From an uncultured Pelagibacteraceae bacterium (GTDB lineage: Bacteria; Pseudomonadota; Alphaproteobacteria; Pelagibacterales; Pelagibacteraceae), in contig CACDYR010000002.1 of NCBI GenBank assembly GCA_902557155.1, positions 71,025 through 135,024 of the forward strand: a DNA stretch of 64,000 nucleotides, given 5' to 3'. Of the stretch, positions 36,721 through 46,503 are shown piece after piece (positions within the stretch are counted from its first letter, which is position 1; the number at the start of each line of letters is the position of its first letter). The notes beneath the pieces were generated by a model. The model was not told the origin of the DNA. It was given only the letters and a program-made list of their open reading frames with translations, and ran no database searches. A program made the translations under genes and the position numbers.

Positions 36721-36749
36721 ATTGTAGTTAGCGGTTTTTATAAATGCAA
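36721..36749 (-). promoter_or_regulatory. Probable native sigma70 promoter of tRNA-Gly, now facing into the island
   Basis: Minus strand TTGCAT-N17-TACAAT, 13 nt upstream of the tRNA-half 5' end. Confidence 0.65.
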
Positions 36750-36766
36750 GCAATAAGAAGAAATTT

Positions 36767-37618
36767 TTATTTTAGATAATTTAATTCTTTTAAATTATTT
36801 TCAAAAATTGAATTTAATTTATTTTGGTAGCTTTTATCAAATATGCTTTTCCAATCGTTTTTTGGTCCTAAATGAAAAAAAGGAATTTTTTTAGGATCAT
36901 TTTTTGATAAAACAGATTCCAGAAAACCACTGTTTTTTTCCATGTTTTTTAAATTTTCAAAATTACATGATTTTACAGAATTTTGAGCTTTTAAGTTATT
37001 AATCTCTTTTTTTTCTTGAATAGTATTTTGAATAAAATCTATTATTTCCCTTAAAATGTCTAAAGGTTTGACTATAAGATCTTCATACTTAATTAATTTA
37101 ACTGGGAAAATCTTTTGATTTATCCAGGACTTATAATTTTTTTCCCAAGAACTTATAAATTGAAAATCACTAAAATCGTTTTTTACATGGTAATCGTGGA
37201 TATATTTTTTTTCACTTAACATAAATTTCAAAGCTTCATCTTTAGATAATTCATAATGATTTTGTAAAGAGGTTAATACATTTCTTGGATCGCGCACAAT
37301 GTAAATAGCACCAATAGTGTTTTTTTTATTTGTAAAATTACTGTTATTGATTGATCCTAAAATATTATGGGTTTTGAGAAAATTTAATTCATTATTTAAA
37401 TTTATTTTTTCCTGAGCTTTAATCCAAAATTTAGATGTGTCAGTTACTATTTTTGGATCATAATTAAAATCGCTAAAATGTCTTTTTTCAGGGAATTGAT
37501 CAATATTTTTAAGTAAATCTTGATTGAAAATGCCTTCTTCTGAATAAAAATATGATGACAACAATGCTCTTAACCATGTGTTCCCACTTTTGGGATATGA
37601 GGCTATCCAAAATATCAT
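36767..37618 (-). CDS. PAPS-dependent sulfotransferase (Sulfotransfer_1-like), paralogue 1
   Basis: [10 protein letters not shown] (5'-PSB loop), LKTH, YIVRDPRN..S (3'-PB), KYEDL. Confidence 0.92.
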   Translation of the reverse strand: MIFWIASYPKSGNTWLRALLSSYFYSEEGIFNQDLLKNIDQFPEKRHFSDFNYDPKIVTDTSKFWIKAQEKINLNNELNFLKTHNILGSINNSNFTNKKNTIGAIYIVRDPRNVLTSLQNHYELSKDEALKFMLSEKKYIHDYHVKNDFSDFQFISSWEKNYKSWINQKIFPVKLIKYEDLIVKPLDILREIIDFIQNTIQEKKEINNLKAQNSVKSCNFENLKNMEKNSGFLESVLSKNDPKKIPFFHLGPKNDWKSIFDKSYQNKLNSIFENNLKELNYLK

Positions 37619-37654
37619 TTAAATTTATTTTAATAATATATTATAAAATAAATT

Positions 37655-38293
37655 ATGAACAATTTTCCAAAAATAATTCCAGTGTTTCCTCTAAGTAATT
37701 TCATTATTTTCCCTAATACTACAGTACCATTAAATATTTTTGAACCAAGATACCTTGATATGGTTAATGATAGTATGAAATCAAATAAATTAATAGGAAT
37801 GATCCAGCCGAAAAATTCTAAAGACAAAAATGGAATACCAAAATTACATAATGTTGGATGTATGGGAAAAATAATGAGTTTTAGAGAAACTGAAGATGGT
37901 CGTTATCTAATTGAGTTAAGAGGAAAAATTAGATTTCATATCATAAATGAAATAAATTCAGATAAAAAATATAGAAGTGTAGAAGTCGACTATAAAGATT
38001 TTTCAAATGATTTAAGTGATGAAAAAGAAAAACTAAATTTTTCTGATCTTGAACTAATTTTCAAAGATCTAAAGTCTTTATTTGAAAAAAGAGGTTTTAT
38101 TATAAATTGGAAAGCGTTAGAGAAACAAAGTTTGGATGAGACTATTAATGCTTTAGCTATGGCATCACCATTTTCACTTGAAGAAAAACAGATTTTACTT
38201 GAAGCTAAAAACTTAGATATTAGAAAAAATAAAATTGCAGAAATTCTTAAAACTTACATATTTGATGATTACGAAAATACTACACTTCAATAG
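37655..38293 (+). CDS. Stand-alone Lon N-terminal substrate-binding domain protein
   Basis: IPVFPL, VPLNIFEPRYLDM, DGRYLI.L.G..RF; no ATPase or protease domain. Confidence 0.9.
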   Translation: MNNFPKIIPVFPLSNFIIFPNTTVPLNIFEPRYLDMVNDSMKSNKLIGMIQPKNSKDKNGIPKLHNVGCMGKIMSFRETEDGRYLIELRGKIRFHIINEINSDKKYRSVEVDYKDFSNDLSDEKEKLNFSDLELIFKDLKSLFEKRGFIINWKALEKQSLDETINALAMASPFSLEEKQILLEAKNLDIRKNKIAEILKTYIFDDYENTTLQ

Positions 38294-38300
38294 AAACTAA

Positions 38301-39374
38301 TTAAAATAAAAGACCTTTATCTGCAATTTTTGTAAAAATTTTGTTGATACTTGGATTTTTATTAAAATATTTAATTGATTTGCTTAAAAAATCATTTTCA
38401 GTCCTTCTCTCTAAATTAAAAAATTCATGAATTAAATCAATACCTGTAGAAAATATATAATTTTTATGCTTTTGATTGTTTTCAAATTCTTTATTTAGTG
38501 CTGTATCTAATGGTAAACCAAGATCAATTTTTTTTTGAATTAAATCATTTAAAATCTTTATATCCCTAATCGTCATATTAAAACCCTGTCCTGCAAGAGG
38601 ATGAATTCTGTGGAGCAAATCTCCAAATGCCAAAATATTTTTATGAAAATACGATCTCAGACTTAATCCATGTAGCTTAAAAGAATTAATTTTATTTATT
38701 TTTTTTAAAATGTATTTAGAATTATAAGTATTAATTAAATTACTTACTTCTTTCTCACCTTTCAAATGATTGCTAATAGAATAAACGATTGATGTTTCAT
38801 AATCTGAAATAGGCAAAAAAGCTAAAGGACCATTTTTTGTAAATATTTGTATAGCAACGTTATTAGAAATCCTTTCATGTTCTAAAATTGTAGTGTAAGC
38901 AACACTGTTGTACTTTTTTTCAATTTTTTTATTAAAATATTTTTTTGTAATTGGGCTATTGTAATCAGTATTAAAAACTAAGTGATAATCCTTGATATAA
39001 TTTAACTTTTTTTTATAATTAATTTTTCTAAAATACTTACTTCGAAATAGATTTTTTTCTAAAATTTCTTGAAGTTTATGATTTTTGACAATCGAAAATA
39101 AATAATCATTATTATTTCCAAAATTAATTAACTTTTGTTTTTCTAAATTATCACTGTAAATTTCTATTTTATTTAATTTATAAATAATTTTTTCAATATT
39201 AATTATTTTTTCATTAAAAAATTCTACATTGCTTTTGGAAATACCTATTGTGCGAGTTTTATTTACTAAAAATTTTTTTTTAGAATATAAAAGATCTACA
39301 CAAATTTTTTGATTAACTAAAGATTTAGCCAAAGTTAAGCTCGATAAACCATTGCCAAGAATACAAACTCTCAT
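38301..39374 (-). CDS. UbiH/UbiF-family FAD-dependent hydroxylase (start at MRVCILG)
   Basis: GPLAFLP, GDLLHRIHPLAGQGFN. Confidence 0.85.
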   Translation of the reverse strand: MRVCILGNGLSSLTLAKSLVNQKICVDLLYSKKKFLVNKTRTIGISKSNVEFFNEKIINIEKIIYKLNKIEIYSDNLEKQKLINFGNNNDYLFSIVKNHKLQEILEKNLFRSKYFRKINYKKKLNYIKDYHLVFNTDYNSPITKKYFNKKIEKKYNSVAYTTILEHERISNNVAIQIFTKNGPLAFLPISDYETSIVYSISNHLKGEKEVSNLINTYNSKYILKKINKINSFKLHGLSLRSYFHKNILAFGDLLHRIHPLAGQGFNMTIRDIKILNDLIQKKIDLGLPLDTALNKEFENNQKHKNYIFSTGIDLIHEFFNLERRTENDFLSKSIKYFNKNPSINKIFTKIADKGLLF

Positions 39375-39436
39375 ATTATTTTTAATTTTAACAACAAAAA
39401 TTAGATGATACAAAGTGGTATAATTGATTTATATAT

Positions 39437-41521
39437 ATGGATATAAAAAAAGTAGCTAATTTGTTCATTGATTTTGCAAGTAGGCGGTTAGCTGAGATTG
39501 CTGGATTAATCCTCCTGTTTTTAGGTTTAGCTTTATTTGTAGCACTATTTACCTATTCACCTCAGGATCCAAATTTTATTTTTCCAGATAACACTGAAAT
39601 CAAAAATTTTTTTGGTTTTAAAGGTAGTTTTGTTTCTGACTTATTTTTTCAATCTGTTGGATTAATTGCTTATCTAATTTCCTTAACTTTTATAATTACT
39701 GGTATTAATCTATTGAAGAGTAAACAATTTATTTTGATTATTGAAAACACTTTCTTTGTTGTACTCTATTGTATTTTTGGAACTCTTTTCTTAACTCATT
39801 ATTATTCCAATGCATTTACATTTTATATAAATGGAAATGGTGGTTTTATTGGCAATTTTCTCAACCAGACTTACTTAAACCAAATTTTACTTATAAACAG
39901 TCAACTAACTTATTATTTTTTAATTATTTTAATTTTATTCTTATTCTTGAAAAGTATAAATTTTAATCCAGTAAAATTTTATAAATTAATTTTAAAATCC
40001 TTAAATTTATTTAAAAAAAAAGAAGAGAAAAATTATACCGACAAAAGTGAAATAATAAGTGAATATATACCACAAAATGAAATTAAAAATCTTATACAAG
40101 AGGATTTACCTTTTATAAAAGCTGAAAATAAAAAAGATAGCAAAATTAAATTTAAACTCCCAAGTATAGATTTATTAAAAATACCTTCTAAAAAAGAAAG
40201 AGAGGTATCTGAAAAAAATGAAAATAATGATCCTGAATTTTTAGAAAAAATATTATTAGATTTTGGGGTTAATGGTAAAATTAAAAAAGTAAGTCATGGT
40301 CCTGTTGTTACACTAAACGAATTTGAACCTGCTGCAGGAGTAAAAGTTTCAAAAATTATTAATTTATCAGATGATATAGCAAGAAATACCAGTTCGGAGT
40401 CCGCAAGAATATCTACGATTCCTGGAAGCAATACTATTGGTATTGAGCTACCAAATAATTCTAGAGAAAATGTTTATTTAAGTGAAATTTTAAACAATAG
40501 TGATTTTAAAAAAAGAGATATCAAACTACCAATCGCACTTGGCAAAAGTATATCAGGCAATCCAATAGTTGGTGATTTATCATCAATGCCACATTTGCTA
40601 ATAGCCGGAACTACGGGATCTGGTAAATCAGTATGTATAAATACAATTATTTTATCACTTCTTTACCGACACACTCCTGATAAATGTAAATTTATTTTAA
40701 TTGATCCCAAGATGTTGGAGTTGTCAACTTACGAAGGAATTCCACATTTACTTTGCCCAGTGATAACAGAAGCAAAAAAAGCAGCTTCAGTTTTAGGCTG
40801 GGTAGTTAAGGAAATGGAAAGTAGATATAGATTAATGACGAAAGAAGGTGTGAGGAACATTGATGGTTACAATGCAAAACATAAACTTCCAATGCCTTAT
40901 ATTGTGGTGGTAGTTGATGAAATGTCTGACTTAATGTTAGTTGCTGGAAAAGAAATTGAAAATTATATTCAAAAACTATCACAAATGGCAAGAGCTGCAG
41001 GGATCCATATTATAATGGCCACTCAAAGACCAAGTGTAGACGTAATTACAGGTACAATAAAAGCTAATTTTCCTACAAGAATATCTTTCCAAGTAACCTC
41101 TAAAATAGACAGTAGGACAATTCTTGGAGAACAAGGAGCTGAACAATTGTTAGGAAAAGGAGACATGTTGTACATGTCCTCAGCTAATAGAATAGTAAGA
41201 ATTCATGCGCCTTTTGTATCTGACGGTGAAATTGAAAAAATAAATAATTCTTTAAGATCTCAAGCAGAGCCAGATTACGTTGATGAGATTTTAAATTTCG
41301 CTGATGAGAAAGAGATTGGTGATAGCCAAAATCAAGGTGAGAAAGATGAGCTTTATGAACAAGCTTTAGATATAATTAGGTCTGAAGGTAAAGCGTCTAC
41401 TTCTTTTTTGCAAAGAAAACTTCAGATTGGATACAATAGAGCAGCAAGAATTATTGACATGATGGAAGCAGATGGAGTCGTTAGTAAAGCAAATCATGTT
41501 GGCAAAAGAGACGTGCTTTAA
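39437..41521 (+). CDS. ftsK: DNA translocase FtsK
   Basis: N-terminal TMs, GTTGSGKS, ATQRPS, gamma domain LQIGYNRAARII. Confidence 0.98.
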   Translation: MDIKKVANLFIDFASRRLAEIAGLILLFLGLALFVALFTYSPQDPNFIFPDNTEIKNFFGFKGSFVSDLFFQSVGLIAYLISLTFIITGINLLKSKQFILIIENTFFVVLYCIFGTLFLTHYYSNAFTFYINGNGGFIGNFLNQTYLNQILLINSQLTYYFLIILILFLFLKSINFNPVKFYKLILKSLNLFKKKEEKNYTDKSEIISEYIPQNEIKNLIQEDLPFIKAENKKDSKIKFKLPSIDLLKIPSKKEREVSEKNENNDPEFLEKILLDFGVNGKIKKVSHGPVVTLNEFEPAAGVKVSKIINLSDDIARNTSSESARISTIPGSNTIGIELPNNSRENVYLSEILNNSDFKKRDIKLPIALGKSISGNPIVGDLSSMPHLLIAGTTGSGKSVCINTIILSLLYRHTPDKCKFILIDPKMLELSTYEGIPHLLCPVITEAKKAASVLGWVVKEMESRYRLMTKEGVRNIDGYNAKHKLPMPYIVVVVDEMSDLMLVAGKEIENYIQKLSQMARAAGIHIIMATQRPSVDVITGTIKANFPTRISFQVTSKIDSRTILGEQGAEQLLGKGDMLYMSSANRIVRIHAPFVSDGEIEKINNSLRSQAEPDYVDEILNFADEKEIGDSQNQGEKDELYEQALDIIRSEGKASTSFLQRKLQIGYNRAARIIDMMEADGVVSKANHVGKRDVL

Positions 41522-42069
41522 TGCTACGATACTTTCTAATATTTTTTTTGTTTGTATCTACCTCTATCTCAAATGCTGAGATTAAAGACAAAATAGTAAA
41601 AAATTTAAAAAATACAGATAATCTAGATTTTAAATTTGAGCAAAATATTAATGGAAAAATAGAAAATGGAAACTGTACTATTCAGTATCCAAAAAAAATT
41701 TTTTGTGAATACGCAAGAAGTAACAATAAAATTTTAGTTTCAAATGGGAAATCTTTAGTAATTAAAACTAGAACAAGTTATTATAGATATCCACTTGAAA
41801 AAACTCCTTTAAATTTAATTTTAGATAAAGATTATTTAATAAGTAAAATTTTCGAACTTGAGGAAAGAATTGTTGATAAAAGTCTTATTAACTTTACAAT
41901 TCAAGAAAAAGATAACGAAATTAATATATTTTTTGATGATCAAACTTATGATTTGGTCGGGTGGCAAAATACAGATATTTATCAAAATTTTAATATTACT
42001 TTTCTTTCTTCAATAAGAAAAAATAGAGTTTTATCAAAAAATTTATTTGAAATTCCCTCACAGAACTAA
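41521..42069 (+). CDS. lolA: Outer-membrane lipoprotein carrier LolA-like
   Basis: Signal peptide, FKFEQ, ILVSNGKSL, YPLEKTPL; follows ftsK. Confidence 0.75.
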   Translation: MLRYFLIFFLFVSTSISNAEIKDKIVKNLKNTDNLDFKFEQNINGKIENGNCTIQYPKKIFCEYARSNNKILVSNGKSLVIKTRTSYYRYPLEKTPLNLILDKDYLISKIFELEERIVDKSLINFTIQEKDNEINIFFDDQTYDLVGWQNTDIYQNFNITFLSSIRKNRVLSKNLFEIPSQN

Positions 42070-42569
42070 ATATTTAAAATTTCAGTTTTAAATATTTTCA
42101 TTCCTCTTGAAATATAATTACTTAATGCATTTTTATGATCTAATGAACATGTATGAACCCAAACACGATTAACTTTATTTTCAAACGACTTTTTAATAGC
42201 CTCAGATAATAAATATGAACCTAATTTTTTATTTTGATATTCTTCTAATATTCCAAAATAAGCTATTTCAGTCTCATTTTTTTCTGGATGAATAATTAAT
42301 TCAAAAAAACCAACTAAATCATCTTTAAATTTAAATACATATGTTTTAACCATTTCAGATGAAACATAATTGATCCATTTTTCCTCTGACCAAGATAATC
42401 TATCGATCCATTTGTGATTTTTTCCGATAGTTTTATAAAAAAATTTATTTAATTGAAAATTAATTGGATCAATTAAACATAAAGAATAATCCTCTGAAGG
42501 CTTATTTCCTTCTTTAAGATCTTGAAGTGAGTTTATTTCTAAATAATTTCTTTTAACTTCCTCGGTCAC
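42066..42569 (-). CDS. GNAT family N-acetyltransferase
   Basis: EIAYFGIL..YQNKKLGSYLL, VWVHTCSLDH..AL.NY..RG. Confidence 0.9.
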   Translation of the reverse strand: MTEEVKRNYLEINSLQDLKEGNKPSEDYSLCLIDPINFQLNKFFYKTIGKNHKWIDRLSWSEEKWINYVSSEMVKTYVFKFKDDLVGFFELIIHPEKNETEIAYFGILEEYQNKKLGSYLLSEAIKKSFENKVNRVWVHTCSLDHKNALSNYISRGMKIFKTEILNI

Positions 42570-42931
42570 TCAACCATTTTTCCTACTCGTTCACCTCCAA
42601 ATAGATGAAAGTGTAAATGAGGTACCTCTTGTCCACCATGATCACTGATATTTGCTAAAGCTCTATAACCCTTACCCACTTCTGTTGAAATACCTAGCTT
42701 TTTAGCAACTATATTAATACCTTTTAATAATCCAACCATCTCATCCGATGAGGCATTCAAACTAAAATCATCTAAATCTATGTATTTTCCTTTAGGGATA
42801 ACTAAAGCATGAATCTTTTTTTGTGGATTAATATCGTGAAATGACAAAACAAAATCATCCTCATAAATTTTATTACAAGGTATCTCACCACGTAAAATTT
42901 TTGCAAAAATATTATTCTCGTCGTAACTCAT
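42566..42931 (-). CDS. HIT family nucleotide hydrolase (HinT-like)
   Basis: NIFAKIL.GEIPC, QEVPHLHFH. Confidence 0.95.
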   Translation of the reverse strand: MSYDENNIFAKILRGEIPCNKIYEDDFVLSFHDINPQKKIHALVIPKGKYIDLDDFSLNASSDEMVGLLKGINIVAKKLGISTEVGKGYRALANISDHGGQEVPHLHFHLFGGERVGKMVE

Positions 42932-43200
42932 TTTTTTCTTTTTTCTAATTCTGACATTACTTCTTCGATCTTTATATTGTTTGCCTCAAGATACATTAAC
43001 AAATGGTAAAATACATCTGCAGCTTCATGAATTTTGTTTGAATTTTCCTCCACTGCCTCAATCAATTCATTAACTTCCTCTAAGACCTTTGCCTTGCTTA
43101 ATAATTTGTCTGTAAGCAACTTATTTGTGTACGAACCTTCAACTGGGGAAGATTTTCTTTCTCGTGCAAGTTTGATTAAGTTTTCTAATGTATTAAGCAT
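42928..43200 (-). CDS. hisE: Phosphoribosyl-ATP pyrophosphatase
   Basis: SYTNKL, KVLEE, EAADVFYHL. Confidence 0.93.
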   Translation of the reverse strand: MLNTLENLIKLARERKSSPVEGSYTNKLLTDKLLSKAKVLEEVNELIEAVEENSNKIHEAADVFYHLLMYLEANNIKIEEVMSELEKRKK

Positions 43201-43201
43201 A

Positions 43202-43957
43202 TTAAATTCTAACAGGAATTCCTTTTGAATCCAAATACTCCTTAGCTTCTTTCACAGAATATTTGCCATAGTGAAATATTGATGCAGCTAAAACTGCGCT
43301 TGCTTTTCCTAATTTAATTCCATCTACTAAATGATCTAGATTTCCAACTCCACCTGAAGCAATAACTGGAATATTTACCATAGAAGATATCTTAGACATA
43401 AGATCAATATCATAACCAACTTGAGTACCGTCCCTATCCATTGATGTAACTAGAAGTTCACCTGCTCCACTATCTTCCATTTTTTTTGCAAATTCTATTG
43501 CATCAATGCCGGTATTATTTCTTCCACCATGAGTGAAAATTTCCCATTTATCTCCATTTTTTTTAGCATCTATAGCTACCACAATACATTGTGACCCAAA
43601 TTTTTTAGAGCTTTCTACTACTACTTCTGGATTTTGAACAGCAGCAGTATTGATTGATACTTTATCTGCACCACAGTTCAGTAGTTTATTGATATCCTCA
43701 ACACTTCTAATACCACCTCCAACTGTCAGAGGAACAAAACATTTCTTCGAGGTTTTCTCTACTACATCGTAAATAGTATCTCTATTTTCATTTGATGCAG
43801 TAATATCTAAAAAGCAAATCTCATCTGCTCCACCGTCTGAATAAATTTTAGCTTGTTCGACGGGATCACCTGCATCTTGCAAATCAACAAAGTTAATTCC
43901 TTTTACAACACGTCCATTTTTAACGTCTAGACATGGTATAATTCTGTTTTTAAGCAT
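43202..43957 (-). CDS. hisF: Imidazole glycerol phosphate synthase cyclase subunit
   Basis: [29 protein letters not shown]. Confidence 0.98.
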   Translation of the reverse strand: MLKNRIIPCLDVKNGRVVKGINFVDLQDAGDPVEQAKIYSDGGADEICFLDITASNENRDTIYDVVEKTSKKCFVPLTVGGGIRSVEDINKLLNCGADKVSINTAAVQNPEVVVESSKKFGSQCIVVAIDAKKNGDKWEIFTHGGRNNTGIDAIEFAKKMEDSGAGELLVTSMDRDGTQVGYDIDLMSKISSMVNIPVIASGGVGNLDHLVDGIKLGKASAVLAASIFHYGKYSVKEAKEYLDSKGIPVRI

Positions 43958-44675
43958 CTAGTTCCTTCACTAGTTCGTCTAATTTAATATCACCATCATA
44001 GATAGCTTTTCCAATTATAATACCTTCAATGTTATTATTATTTAATTCTTTGGCCTTTTTAATGTCATCAATTGAAGAAACTCCACCAGATATAATTACC
44101 GGGCAGTTAGAAATATCTGCAACCTTTGCTGTCTCATCGAAATTGGGACTTTGCTTCATCCCATCTCTATTGATATCTGTGTAAATCAATCTGCTTGCAC
44201 CATAATCATTCACCTCTTTTAAATAATCTAAAGTTAATTTGTTGGAATTTTCTTTCCAACCAGAGACAGATAAATAGCCATCTTTAGCATCTAAACCTAA
44301 AGCAATCCTGTTTGGAAATTTTTCACAAGCTTCTTTTAAAAAGTTTTTATCTTTTATAGCTGCACTTCCTAAAATAACCTTTTCAACACCAGCATCAGTA
44401 TATTTCTGAATGCTTTCAAAGTTTCTAACTCCTCCACCTATTTCAATTTTAAGATCAAATTTACTAACTATTTCTTTAATAATATCTAAATTAATTGTTT
44501 CGCCAGTTAAAGCTCCATCTAAATCAACTATGTGTAAGTTTTTAAAACCATGATCATTAAATTTGCCAGCTTGTTCGATTGGAGAAATTTTATATTCAGT
44601 TTTGTTATCAAAATCTCCTTTGACTAACCTCACACACTTTTTATCTTTAATATCAATGGCTGGGAATATTTTCAT
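43950..44675 (-). CDS. hisA: ProFAR isomerase
   Basis: [29 protein letters not shown]. Confidence 0.97.
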   Translation of the reverse strand: MKIFPAIDIKDKKCVRLVKGDFDNKTEYKISPIEQAGKFNDHGFKNLHIVDLDGALTGETINLDIIKEIVSKFDLKIEIGGGVRNFESIQKYTDAGVEKVILGSAAIKDKNFLKEACEKFPNRIALGLDAKDGYLSVSGWKENSNKLTLDYLKEVNDYGASRLIYTDINRDGMKQSPNFDETAKVADISNCPVIISGGVSSIDDIKKAKELNNNNIEGIIIGKAIYDGDIKLDELVKELDA

Positions 44676-45302
44676 TTACAAATTTATAAAATTATCAATT
44701 ATTTTAAGTCCAATTTTATCGCTCTTCTCGGGGTGAAATTGTGTTCCAAAAATATTTTCTTTTTCAACAGAACAAACAATATTAGATGAATAATCTGTTG
44801 TTGCTGAAACTACATTTTTATCCTCTGGAACAATTTCATAACTATGAACAAAATACATGTGAGAATTATTTTCTATACCTTTAAAAATTTTACTATCCTT
44901 AACAATATTAATTTGGTTCCATCCAATATGAGGAAGTTTGTATTTTCCATTTTGATTAGCAATTTTTGATACTTTACCTGATATCCAACCAAGACCCTTG
45001 GTTTCAGTTTCTTCATAGCCAATATCTGCAAACATTTGAAGTCCAACACAAATACCAAGAAGAGGTTTTTTATTATTAATTGCAAACTCATTTAAAGTAT
45101 CTACCAGACCACTGATTTTATTAAGTGCATCAACACAACTCTTAAACGAACCCTGACCTGGCAAAACAACTTTATCTGACGATTTAATCTTATTTAAATC
45201 TGAAGTTACTTCGATATTTACTTTGTCTTTAGCAACTTCCTTAAAGGAGTTTATCACCGAGCTTATATTGCCCGAATTATAATCAACAATTGTGACGTTC
45301 AT
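44676..45302 (-). CDS. hisH: Imidazole glycerol phosphate synthase glutaminase subunit
   Basis: LPGQG, GICVGLQ, PHIGWN, QFHPEKS. Confidence 0.97.
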   Translation of the reverse strand: MNVTIVDYNSGNISSVINSFKEVAKDKVNIEVTSDLNKIKSSDKVVLPGQGSFKSCVDALNKISGLVDTLNEFAINNKKPLLGICVGLQMFADIGYEETETKGLGWISGKVSKIANQNGKYKLPHIGWNQINIVKDSKIFKGIENNSHMYFVHSYEIVPEDKNVVSATTDYSSNIVCSVEKENIFGTQFHPEKSDKIGLKIIDNFINL

Positions 45303-45307
45303 TAAAC

Positions 45308-45898
45308 TTATAATGAGCCTTTAGTGGATGGAATACTTTTTTTATTTCTTGGATCCATCTCTAACGCAGCTCTTAATGATCTTGCTAAAGCTTTATAACA
45401 AGACTCAATTATGTGGTGACTATTATCACCATAAATGTTTTCAACGTGCATTGTAATACCTGCGGATTGAGAAAATGCCTGAAACCATTCTTTAAATAGT
45501 TCTGTGTCCATCTCGCCAAGTTTCTCAACTTTTAATTTTACTTTCCAAATCAAATAAGGTCTGTTTGAAACATCTATTGCAACTCTTGTTAATGTTTCAT
45601 CCATTGGAATAACTGTGTGTGCATATCTTTTTATTCCTACAAATTTTTTAGCTGCTTTTTTTAAAGCTTCTCCAATTGCAATACCCGTATCTTCTGTTGT
45701 GTGGTGAAGGTCAATATGTGTATCTCCTTTTGCTTTAACTTTTAAATCAATTAAAGAATGCTTTGATAATTGCTCAAGCATGTGGTCTAGAAAACCTATT
45801 CCAGTGTCAATTTGGTACTTGCCTTTACCATCAATATTTACTTCAACATTGATGCTGGTTTCTTTTGTTTTTCGAGATACTTTTCCTTTTCTAGCCAT
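45308..45898 (-). CDS. hisB: Imidazoleglycerol-phosphate dehydratase
   Basis: [27 protein letters not shown]. Confidence 0.98.
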   Translation of the reverse strand: MARKGKVSRKTKETSINVEVNIDGKGKYQIDTGIGFLDHMLEQLSKHSLIDLKVKAKGDTHIDLHHTTEDTGIAIGEALKKAAKKFVGIKRYAHTVIPMDETLTRVAIDVSNRPYLIWKVKLKVEKLGEMDTELFKEWFQAFSQSAGITMHVENIYGDNSHHIIESCYKALARSLRAALEMDPRNKKSIPSTKGSL

Positions 45899-45952
45899 AT
45901 ATTTTTAATGGTATACATACATAATCCCACGATATCAATATCAGTATGAACA

Positions 45953-45980
45953 CTTGAAGTATCAAAAATAGTTACCATTT
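45953..45980 (+). promoter_or_regulatory. Putative RpoH (sigma32) promoter of hslVU
   Basis: CTTGAA-N15-ACCATTT, 7 nt before the hslV ATG. Confidence 0.6.
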
Positions 45981-45987
45981 ATTAGTT

Positions 45988-46503
45988 ATGACAACAATTG
46001 TGCTAGTTAGAAAAAATAATGAAGTGGTAGTTGCTGGTGATGGACAAGTCAGTATGGGAAATACTGTTGTTAAAAGTACAGCTTCAAAAGTCAGAAAAAT
46101 TGAAAAAAGAGATGTAGTTGCTGGGTTTGCGGGATCAACTGCTGATGCATTAACTTTATTTGAAAGGCTTGAAGGAAAATTAGAAAAACATGCGGGCAAC
46201 TTATCAAGGGCCGCTGTTGAATTAGCAAAAGATTGGAGAACAGATAAGTATTTAAGAAGATTAGAAGCGCTTATGGCAGTTGGAGACAAAAATAATAGTT
46301 ACATTATTTCTGGAACTGGAGATGTATTGGAACCTGAAGGAGATGTTATTGGAATAGGTTCAGGTGGTAATTATGCATTAGCAGCTGGAAAAGTTTTAAT
46401 GGAAGGCAATATGTCAGCTGAAGAAGTTGCCAAAAAGGCAATTAAAGTTGCAGCAGACATATGTGTTTTCACAAATGATAATGTAAAAATAGAAAAAATT
46501 TAA
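45988..46503 (+). CDS. hslV: ATP-dependent protease subunit HslV
   Basis: N-terminal Thr nucleophile (MTTI), [20 protein letters not shown]. Confidence 0.98.
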   Translation: MTTIVLVRKNNEVVVAGDGQVSMGNTVVKSTASKVRKIEKRDVVAGFAGSTADALTLFERLEGKLEKHAGNLSRAAVELAKDWRTDKYLRRLEALMAVGDKNNSYIISGTGDVLEPEGDVIGIGSGGNYALAAGKVLMEGNMSAEEVAKKAIKVAADICVFTNDNVKIEKI

